Part shown: piece by piece, positions 40,401 through 46,782 of the stretch
How the letters are laid out: each line of letters starts with the position of its first letter
How positions within the stretch are numbered: position 1 is the first letter of the stretch
Assembly (NCBI GenBank): GCA_051883095.1
Contig: JBJETB010000094.1
Location: 25,111-89,110 of the forward strand
Length of the DNA stretch: 64,000 nt
Reading direction: 5' to 3'
Origin: Anaerovoracaceae bacterium
Lineage (GTDB): Bacteria; Bacillota; Clostridia; Peptostreptococcales; Anaerovoracaceae
The notes under the pieces: model-generated
The model's input: only the letters and a program-made list of their open reading frames with translations
What the model was told of the DNA's origin: nothing
The model's database searches: none
Position numbers and translations under genes: made by a program

Positions 40401-40893
40401 AGGCGTTAAAGCTCTGGTCGTATTCGGCGAAAATGCTGACATTGACACCGAAGGTCTTGAATTCCTGGCAGTATGCGATACTCACATGACTGAGCTTGCT
40501 GCAAAGGCAGACGTGGTTCTTCCTGGAACAGGTTTTGCTTCAACCAACGGTACATACACCAACACTGAAAGAAGACTTCAGCTTGTTGAGGCTGCTATCG
40601 ATGAAGGTATCTTCCTGTCCAACTGGGAAATCGCTGATGAAATTGCAAACATCTTCGAAGAAGAATTCGGTTGGGAAGACACAGATGACATTTCCGACGA
40701 AATGGCTGATGAAGTTCCTGCTTACAGATATGCTGTTATCGGCGAAGTTCTTGGCGGCGCACTTAAGCCGACAGAAAACGCTGAGCTTGTTGTAGTATGT
40801 GACGGTGCAATGGTTGACGAATTACCTTGCACAGACAGCCTGATGCAGATGATTGCAGACAGACTTCCGAAGCCTGCAAATCCGACAGCATAA
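37432..40893 (+). CDS. Fusion protein: [2Fe-2S] ferredoxin domain + GltD/NfnB-like NAD(P)H flavoprotein module + NuoG-type Fe-S cluster domains + degenerate molybdopterin-oxidoreductase-like domain
   Basis: The N-terminus resembles NuoG (CYDER...SCGLC...CKAC). GltD-like Fe-S motifs CRPPCVLACP and GRVCPHPCEEAC are present. Two Rossmann motifs, IIGGGPMG and IVGGGNTAMD. His-ligated cluster HRCLECGC...C. Ferredoxin motifs CILCGLCVRVC and CISCGQCVSVCP. MopB Fe4S4 motif CSYCSVGCSL. The remaining tail of about 460 aa lacks a Cys/Sec-His catalytic pair. Confidence 0.8.
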   Translation: MNKFRLNINGKEVLGVAGQTILEVAKENDIYIPTLCYDERTKIYGSCGLCMCEVEGNPKLCKACATEIAPGMVIRTNTERVIESRKTNLELLLSNHVGDCRPPCVLACPAHTDCQGYVGLIANGEYEEAIKLIKDKIPLPAALGRVCPHPCEEACRRGLIDEPISIQQLKRFAADNDLDGEAFMPECEEDTGKSVAIIGGGPMGLSAAYFLRQMGHAVTIFEAMPKAGGMLRYGIPEYRLPKAVLDEEIATIEAMGVEIVTNTKIGEDIPFETVQEDFDAVLLGIGAWVSTGVGCPGEDAEGVIGGIDFLRKVVRNEEIKLGEKVAIVGGGNTAMDACRTAVRLGAKEVYNIYRRTKDEMPADMVEIEEAEEEGVIFKNLTNPLEVVKDENGHVKEVVLQVMELGEPDASGRRKPIPVEGKTETLPIDTMILAIGQAVDASMFDCDKTRKNAIAYDPDTFMTSISGVFAGGDCGNDKISIAVEAIADAKKVSDIIDAYLYGEHIKYEKPYVVERDDITEKTFEDRERMCRPELPQLSAEERKDNFTEVIPCAYTEEQAEAEAHRCLECGCHDYYECKLIDLANQYDVHPERFAGEKHAIEFEDNHPFIVRDPNKCILCGLCVRVCDEVMGVGALGLVNRGFDTVVKPNMEKPLAESGCISCGQCVSVCPTGALQERTTMIKETPVRTEETLTTCSYCSVGCSLKLESCGDMLIKANPDKEGAVNKGLLCGKGKWGFDCSMLEDKLEDPFVKEDGRFREADYHEALVLVAKRCQTIGAKYGKDAIAVSISDRYTNEEAYALKKMAEVMGAKVLCMNNRANGLEKVLGFDASPNTIDELLSTNVILKVGFKDENSRVIALKMKQATEAGAKVIDVCSCENDLGLLKEIAKAIVDSGKAKKAAGYDEFAASLADVKVSDEAKAIADAYMGAKKAMIVFQQNVLSVEAAELVGDIAMISGHIGTPRDGILLVKAKNNSQGLVDMGITAGKEALEGVKALVVFGENADIDTEGLEFLAVCDTHMTELAAKADVVLPGTGFASTNGTYTNTERRLQLVEAAIDEGIFLSNWEIADEIANIFEEEFGWEDTDDISDEMADEVPAYRYAVIGEVLGGALKPTENAELVVVCDGAMVDELPCTDSLMQMIADRLPKPANPTA

Positions 40894-40947
40894 TCGGACC
40901 TAAATTAAATATCAGGACTGCGGCGTAACATAGTCGCGGTTGGACGG

Positions 40948-40986
40948 CCGCCTCCCTGGGATTATGGTTTCGGGGAGGCGGTTTTG
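40948..40986 (+). terminator. Strong Rho-independent terminator
   Basis: Stem CCGCCTCCC (40948-40956) / GGGAGGCGG (40973-40981), followed by TTTT. Confidence 0.85.
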
Positions 40987-41452
40987 TGCTTTCTAAAGGT
41001 GAATTTTGTGCTTTTATTTGTACTATGTCTGTGCTATGTTGTATAAAACTTAATATAATCTGATTTATTACAGCATTCCTTACATTTTAATCCATTCAAA
41101 TGCTTATACAGAGGCCTGATGTTGTAAGAGATATCTTTTATCTTTATTTTGTACAACGCTAATTATGGTTAGGTTGTAGAATCATAAGCTTTTGCTAAAA
41201 AAGTACAACATTCTTTGGTTTGACAGGCTTGGCTGAGGTGGCTAGAGAAGGAGATGTTGTTTTTTCAAACTTATTTTACGATTTCGTACAACTGTGATAT
41301 AATCTGTTTAACAAAAAAGAAATGAATCTGCATGTATTCACAGGCTGATGGCACTGGAAGGCGCAATTCAAGGTGTAAAAAAATCAATGTTGTCAGATGA
41401 AGTAAAAGCCGATTTAAAAGAATTCTATAAAAATCACAAATGAAGGTCAACT

Positions 41453-41932
41453 ATGATTATCAGAAAATACGTCTCTGAAGACTGCAAACAGCTTGCAGAT
41501 CTATTTTATGAAACTGTCCACAGCGTCAATGCAAAGGACTATACAAGTGAACAGCTTTATGCATGGGCAGATGGAAGTGCAGATTTAGAAAAGTGGGATA
41601 AATCCTTTCTCGCGCATTACACGATAGTAGCTGTTAATGACAACTGTATTGTCGGATTTGGTGATATTGACAGAACCGGGTATCTTGATATGTTGTTTGT
41701 TCATAAGGATTATCAGGGGCAAGGCATCGCATCTGCCATTTGTGACAGACTTGAAGAAACCATTACAACAGATAAGATAACAACTCATGCTTCCATTACG
41801 GCGAAACACTTTTTTGAGAGAAGAGGTTATAAGTCAGTTAAAGAACAGCAGGTAATCAGAAATGGAATACAATTAACTAATTATGTTATGGAGAAACAGA
41901 AACAGCAACAGCACGTTGCTTTGCTTCCATAG
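41453..41932 (+). CDS. GNAT family N-acetyltransferase
   Basis: 159 aa. Has the acetyl-CoA binding motif QGQGIASAI. Confidence 0.85.
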   Translation: MIIRKYVSEDCKQLADLFYETVHSVNAKDYTSEQLYAWADGSADLEKWDKSFLAHYTIVAVNDNCIVGFGDIDRTGYLDMLFVHKDYQGQGIASAICDRLEETITTDKITTHASITAKHFFERRGYKSVKEQQVIRNGIQLTNYVMEKQKQQQHVALLP

Positions 41933-41984
41933 AAGGTAATAGTATAATGACACTAATGACTATACAAATAAGGTGGTGTTTTAT

Positions 41985-42428
41985 ATGGAAACAAAAGATG
42001 TTATATTGGAACTGAGAACTAAAAACGGCTTATCTCAGGATGAACTGGCAGAAAAAGTGTATGTTACCCGTCAGGCTGTGTCACGCTGGGAAAACGGCGA
42101 AACTGTGCCTAACACAGAGACTCTGAAACTGCTGTCGAAACTTTTTGATGTGTCTATAAATACACTCTTAGGCTCACCACGAAAGCTGATATGTCAGTGC
42201 TGCGGCATGCCTCTGGATGATTCGACTATCAGCAAAGAAACTGAAGGCACATTTAACGAGGAATACTGCAAGTGGTGCTATACAGATGGAAAATTTGTTT
42301 ACAAAAGCCTCGATGAGCTTACTGATTTCCTGGTAGAACATATGTCAAACGAAAGCTGGCCTCCTGATCAGGCAAGAGCATATTTTGAAGAACAGCTGCC
42401 AAAGCTGAATCACTGGCAAAAAAAGTAA
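41985..42428 (+). CDS. XRE-family HTH transcriptional regulator with C-terminal zinc-ribbon domain
   Basis: The ATG at 41985 follows AAGGTGG. HTH is LSQDELAEKVYVTRQAVSRWENG. Zn-ribbon motifs are CQCCG...CKWC. Confidence 0.8.
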   Translation: METKDVILELRTKNGLSQDELAEKVYVTRQAVSRWENGETVPNTETLKLLSKLFDVSINTLLGSPRKLICQCCGMPLDDSTISKETEGTFNEEYCKWCYTDGKFVYKSLDELTDFLVEHMSNESWPPDQARAYFEEQLPKLNHWQKK

Positions 42429-42570
42429 AAAAATAATTAAAAAAATTTTGGACAAAAATTAAATTCCTTGTAACCTTTTACTTCGCTAAATTGATTATAT
42501 TGTGTAAGCGAAAACAAACAATAAACGCAGAATCAAAAAAGCAAAGCAAACAGAAAGAGAGGAATTTAAC

Positions 42571-42645
42571 ATGAAAAACTTATTACCATTATTATTAGTA
42601 GCATGCATTATGTTAGGACTCTCCGCTTGCGGTACTTTAGTTTAG
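42571..42645 (+). CDS. 24-codon mini-ORF that encodes essentially only a lipoprotein signal peptide (MKNLLPLLLVACIMLGLSACGTLV)
   Basis: GAGAGG RBS 8-9 nt upstream, an n-region / h-region / lipobox LSAC, a stop 4 codons after the Cys, and an intrinsic terminator 45 nt downstream. Could instead be a gene remnant. Confidence 0.35.
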   Translation: MKNLLPLLLVACIMLGLSACGTLV

Positions 42646-42689
42646 AATAAAGTAATCAAAAGGGGAAGTTGCATAATAAGAGCGATCGA

Positions 42690-42717
42690 GGGCGTTCCTT
42701 GCGGAATGTCCTTTTTT
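42690..42717 (+). terminator. Rho-independent terminator
   Basis: 9-bp stem GGGCGTTCC (42690-42698) / GGAATGTCC (42703-42711, includes G-U pairs), loop TTGC, then TTTTTT. Confidence 0.65.
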
Positions 42718-42765
42718 CGTGTATAATTCAGGTGTGACCGATTTAAGGCCATGAGAGGTGATACT

Positions 42766-43250
42766 ATGAAAGTGATAGATTTAACACACACAATTAAAGA
42801 AAATATGCCTGTATACCCTGGTACGGAACCACCGTGTCTGGAACCGGCTAAGCTCTGAAAGATGGTGAAAGCATTACCATGAACCACATAAGAAAGTATG
42901 GTGATAATGCAGCCGAGGCTGATTTTCTGCTCTTTAACCTTGGCTGGGACAAATACTGGGGCACTGAGAAATATTTCGGAGATTATCCGTGCATTGACGA
43001 TGAGGTGCTTGATTATATCATCGCCGGAAATTACAAAGGCATAGGCTTCGATGTTATAGGCCTGGACCCGATTGCGGATGAAAATCTGACAAGACATAAG
43101 AAACTGTTTGACGAAACTGATATTGTTAACATAGAAAACCTTAAAAATCTCGATAAGTGCGGCAATGAACTATTCTGGTTCGGATGTTTTCCACTTAAGG
43201 TGAAAAATTCAGACGGCGCGCCTATCAGGGCCATTGCGTGGTGGGAATAA
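42766..43250 (+). pseudogene. Cyclase-family (kynurenine-formamidase-like) gene with an internal deletion/frame break
   Basis: The N-terminal 30 codons (MKVIDLTHTIKENMPVYPGTEPP...) end at a TGA at 42856-42858. The C-terminal part (LFNLGWDKYWG...IENLKNL...PLKV...GAPIRAIA) continues in another frame (track ORF 42879-43250). The central HxGTHxDxPxH metal-site segment is missing. Confidence 0.6.
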
Positions 43251-43290
43251 ACATAATATAATGTCAATTAATGCCGAGTGCAAAATACCC

Positions 43291-43319
43291 TTGAAAAAGA
43301 GAGAATGCAGGAATATAAT
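43291..43319 (+). promoter_or_regulatory. Sigma-A type promoter for the surface-protein gene
   Basis: TTGAAA (43291-43296), a 17-nt spacer, TATAAT (43314-43319). Leaves a leader of about 95 nt. Confidence 0.5.
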
Positions 43320-43422
43320 AATAAGATAGTAATAATGCGCGTAAAATCTCTGAAATGTTCTGATGAGGTTATAGCAAAGATTATACTTAATATATAGATG
43401 CGAATGCGAGGTATAAAAAAGA

Positions 43423-46400
43423 ATGACTGAAAAAGATAGACAGCACCAAAAGAGAAGTACTGTAAAATTATTTTGCAGACTTTTTATATTACTCAGTCTT
43501 GTTGTCGGAGTGAGTGTTGCTGTCGTATATGCTGCAGGAACCGGTGATAATAACCTGAAGAACGGAAGTTTTGAAGAGGAGCAGACATGGTCTAACAGTT
43601 ATAAACAATTGAAACAAAGCGAAGTCCCTTCCTGGAACACGACAGCCAAGGAAGATTTGATTGAATTGTTTAAAGAGAATAAGGGCACTTATTTTAAAGA
43701 TATCACATTGAAACCATCTGACGGAAATTATGGCGCAGAGCTGAATGCAGATGAAGAAAGCACGCTTTACCAGATTGTCAACACATCTCCGTCCAGCGTA
43801 TACGAATGGGGACTGGATCACGGCGCACGAAACGGCGCTGATACAATGGCTCTTGTAATAGGTCCAAATCAGCCTAAGGCTCCGGCTAAACCGGATAAGA
43901 ATGGCAGAGACCAGTTCATGCAGATGGTGGACTGGCTTATTGACAACAATATGACATCTGTCAAGAGCCGTGACAATACAGGACTTGGAGAGCAGATTAC
44001 TCTTTACAGCAAACCTTTTGCTGAAAACGGTACATTTGAAAATAATGATAATAATGAACCATTCAGTCTGACTCAAAGTTCAATATATACTGAAGAGTGG
44101 AAAATCTGGATTTTATCCAGCGAAAAGGGGGAAAGCGGAACCAATCCATGGTATAAATTCGGTTCCAATGCTGAAGGATCTGCAGTCAGTACAGATGAAG
44201 ACGGCAACACAACTATAGATATGAGCAAGTATTATATTTATACCGTACCGGCAGGTCAGACAGAGACTATCTTTGGTTTTGTGTCAGTTGGATATGTGGA
44301 ATCACCTACAACTCCGGCAAAAGCAAAGACATATGGTAATTTCCTGGACAATATCAATTTCATCCTTTATCATCCTCTGTCCGGAAGTACAACTCTCCAT
44401 GGAAGTGCCGTAATCGTAGAAAGCAACGGGGAATCCATGGGAGAGGGTTCAGGAAAAGATCACCTGGTTACTGTGGACAAAGGTTTTGTCACATATGTGA
44501 CGGATGGTGAAGATCTGACAATTCAGGCAATTGTCAATAAAAGCGATGCAGACGCCGGATGTGAATTTGTCGGTGTATATTATACGAATAATGGTGAAGA
44601 CGGAAACCCTGATACCAAATTCCTGCAGCTGGCCAAAAATGAAATTGAAGACACAGGCAGTCTGACAGACGAACAGAAAAAAGGAAAATGGATAAAAACT
44701 ACTGAAGAGAATGGTGATATAGTTTATACATACTATATGAAAAATGTCAGTACGTCCACAGACCTTCATTTTGTATTTATAAAAAACCCGACCGTCACCT
44801 ATGACCCTAATGGTGGCAAACCGTATGTAGTGGATCGGAGCTATAACACCAGTGAGGCAGCGAATGTATACAGCTATAAGCCAGCCTCCGGTGCAGGGGA
44901 AGGAGAAGTGTTAACTTTTATTTCTCCTTATGTTTCTCATGCAGCGGAAGGACAGAATGACGGCTGGAAATTCATGGGGTGGCTGTTGACAGGAGATACA
45001 GTGAACGACAGTTCTGGGTATGAACCTGTCAATGCGGACCAACTGGGCACCATGCTTCTGCCTGCAGTACATACTGTAGCATGTGATTATGAGGTAAAAG
45101 ATGTGTCTGATCCATCTACAGCTCAGTTTTTCAAGATTTATGACGGCAATGATGATTTATTAACACAGGACTTTGTAATGTCCGGTGAGACCGTCAAGGG
45201 TGTTAAGGGTGTTAAATGGGCAGGCCGTGATGGAGAAGAAATCTATGCCAACTTCCATAAAGGTCTTACTCTGGTGGCACAGTGGCGCTGGAGACAGGTA
45301 TTTATACCACAGAAGGGTAGCGGAAGCATCTATACGGATTCTGATAGCGGCGGTACCGTTGAGATTACTAGTGTAACAGATCTCTCGGATGCAAACTACG
45401 AGGGTACATATACTTCGCAAGGAGGTAAATCATACTTTGCGGAAACTAATGAAATCCTAACCGTAAAGGCAACACCAAAAGAAGGGTATGCTTTTGTAGG
45501 CTGGTATGACCAAAACGGTACTCAGCTTACTACTAACATTGAATACAGCTATACAGAAACAAAAAATAAAGTAAGCACTTTCTATGCAAGATTTTCGCCA
45601 GTTGCGACCCAGACCTATGTATGCCAGGTAAAGAACGGAGATAGCTGGATTACAACGGATGATGACAGTATCGGGACCCTTACCACTTATTCACATACAG
45701 GCACAATCGGAACATCTGTAACCTCTACAGCTACAGCGAAATCAGGCTACAAATTTCTTGGCTGGTATGATGAGCATGGTAATCCGGTCACTGATACGAT
45801 GCTGACCAATGGCGGCAAAACCATCAGTTACGTCACAACAGGCGATGCAACATATTACGCCAGATTTTCGCCAATTATGAATGTGACCCAGACTTTCATA
45901 CGCCAGGTTAAAAACGAAGAAATCTGGAAAGATACAACTGATGACAATATCGGTACACTCACTTCTTATGGTCATACGGGTGAAATCGGAACATCTGTAA
46001 GTTCTGCTGCAACAGCAGCAGAAGAATCAGGGTATATATTTGTGGGGTGGTATGATGCCCTTGGCAAACCGGTTGCTGATTCGATGCTGACCGATGGAGG
46101 CAAAACCATCAGTTACGTCACAACAGGCAATGCCACATATTACGCCAGATTTTCAAGAATTATCGTAACTTTTGATCCAAACGGAGGAAACGTTACTCCG
46201 ACAAGTGATATTGCCATTGAAGGAAAACTGAACAATCTTCCGGTTCCTACACGCAGTAATTACATCTTTGACGGATGGTTCACACAGCCTTCAGGCGGAA
46301 CAATAGTGACTATAGACAGGATTTATACTGAGGACACAACAATATATGCTCACTGGTCTTATGCAGGCGGTGAAGATCCCGGAACCGGAGGCGATAAACC

Positions 46401-46707
46401 TGGTACAGGCGGTGAAGATCCCGGAACCGGAGGCGATAAACCTAGTACAGGCGGTGAAGATCCCGGAACCGGAGGCGATAAACCTGGTACAGGCGGTGAA
46501 GATCCTGGAACCGGTGAAGATAATCCGGGTTCAGGGAGCGGAAACCACGAAAACGTTGAACATAACTCAACGGCGGAAAATCTTCCGCCACAGACCGCCG
46601 ATAACAGCGGCCTTATGATATGGTTCATGCTTCTGGCACTTTCTATGTGCTGCTTCACTGCTTTCCTGATAAAATGTAAGCATTCATCGGAAGAGAAGCA
46701 CAAGTAG
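43423..46707 (+). CDS. Large repeat-containing cell-surface protein with a sortase-type C-terminal anchor
   Basis: N-terminal signal/TM segment. An NGSFE-type beta-sandwich-like N-domain. At least five Listeria-Bacteroides/InlB-B-type repeats (G[YW]xFxGWYD...YYARFS). A Gly/Pro/acidic 14-aa tandem spacer. LPPQTAD followed by a hydrophobic segment and a KCKHSSEEKHK tail. Confidence 0.85.
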   Translation: MTEKDRQHQKRSTVKLFCRLFILLSLVVGVSVAVVYAAGTGDNNLKNGSFEEEQTWSNSYKQLKQSEVPSWNTTAKEDLIELFKENKGTYFKDITLKPSDGNYGAELNADEESTLYQIVNTSPSSVYEWGLDHGARNGADTMALVIGPNQPKAPAKPDKNGRDQFMQMVDWLIDNNMTSVKSRDNTGLGEQITLYSKPFAENGTFENNDNNEPFSLTQSSIYTEEWKIWILSSEKGESGTNPWYKFGSNAEGSAVSTDEDGNTTIDMSKYYIYTVPAGQTETIFGFVSVGYVESPTTPAKAKTYGNFLDNINFILYHPLSGSTTLHGSAVIVESNGESMGEGSGKDHLVTVDKGFVTYVTDGEDLTIQAIVNKSDADAGCEFVGVYYTNNGEDGNPDTKFLQLAKNEIEDTGSLTDEQKKGKWIKTTEENGDIVYTYYMKNVSTSTDLHFVFIKNPTVTYDPNGGKPYVVDRSYNTSEAANVYSYKPASGAGEGEVLTFISPYVSHAAEGQNDGWKFMGWLLTGDTVNDSSGYEPVNADQLGTMLLPAVHTVACDYEVKDVSDPSTAQFFKIYDGNDDLLTQDFVMSGETVKGVKGVKWAGRDGEEIYANFHKGLTLVAQWRWRQVFIPQKGSGSIYTDSDSGGTVEITSVTDLSDANYEGTYTSQGGKSYFAETNEILTVKATPKEGYAFVGWYDQNGTQLTTNIEYSYTETKNKVSTFYARFSPVATQTYVCQVKNGDSWITTDDDSIGTLTTYSHTGTIGTSVTSTATAKSGYKFLGWYDEHGNPVTDTMLTNGGKTISYVTTGDATYYARFSPIMNVTQTFIRQVKNEEIWKDTTDDNIGTLTSYGHTGEIGTSVSSAATAAEESGYIFVGWYDALGKPVADSMLTDGGKTISYVTTGNATYYARFSRIIVTFDPNGGNVTPTSDIAIEGKLNNLPVPTRSNYIFDGWFTQPSGGTIVTIDRIYTEDTTIYAHWSYAGGEDPGTGGDKPGTGGEDPGTGGDKPSTGGEDPGTGGDKPGTGGEDPGTGEDNPGSGSGNHENVEHNSTAENLPPQTADNSGLMIWFMLLALSMCCFTAFLIKCKHSSEEKHK
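45589..46146 (+). repeat. Two tandem, highly similar 273/285-bp coding modules (91/95 aa) inside the surface-protein gene
   Basis: Unit boundaries are marked by AGATTTTC at 45589, 45862 and 46147. Long near-identical stretches are present, for example GGCAAAACCATCAGTTACGTCACAACAGGC...ACATATTACGCCAGATTTTC. Confidence 0.75.
46366..46515 (+). repeat. 42-bp tandem repeat x3.5 (encodes GGEDPGTGGDKPGT)
   Basis: Copies lie at 46366, 46408 and 46450. They are identical except for one G-to-A change in copy 2. A diverged partial copy starts at 46492. Confidence 0.95.
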
Positions 46708-46738
46708 CAGAAATGTTTAACAGACATGTGTAAATCAA

Positions 46739-46779
46739 TAAAAAACGCAGCATTCTTTAGCCGGATTGCTGCGTTTTAA
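46739..46779. terminator. Bidirectional Rho-independent terminator between convergent genes
   Basis: Stem AACGCAGCA (46744-46752) / TGCTGCGTT (46767-46775), flanked by an A-run on the left and a T-run on the right. Confidence 0.75.
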
Positions 46780-46782
46780 CGT

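Noticed and set aside
39500-40893. Calling the 1153-aa protein a formate dehydrogenase alpha subunit, with the FNT channel at 5729 as its partner.
   Set aside because: The MopB-like tail is about 200 aa too short. It lacks a Sec/Cys-His active-site dipeptide. There are no fdhD or moco genes nearby, and the FNT gene is 30 kb away in a separate unit.
41348-41443. 31-codon ORF (MALEGAIQGVKKSMLSDEVKADLKEFYKNHK) just upstream of the GNAT gene.
   Set aside because: It has no convincing RBS and no recognisable family. It may be a leader region or the C-terminal scrap of a lost gene. The evidence is too weak to annotate.
41453-42428. GNAT toxin / HTH antitoxin type II toxin-antitoxin pair (TacT/AtaT-like).
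   Set aside because: The gene order is reversed (acetyltransferase first). The genes are separated by 52 nt rather than coupled. The HTH protein is 147 aa with a Zn-ribbon sensor-like domain rather than a small RHH/DUF1778 antitoxin. The GNAT looks like an ordinary YafP-like enzyme.
46366-46515. Tandem repeat as a possible CRISPR array.
   Set aside because: The units are directly abutting with no spacers. They are in-frame within a CDS, and no cas genes are present.
46346-46727. 90-aa (+) and 122-aa (-) ORFs over the 42-bp repeat region.
   Set aside because: They are alternative-frame and antisense translations of the tandem repeat inside the 1094-aa gene. The repetitive low-complexity peptides (PVPGSSPPV...) are an artefact of the repeat.
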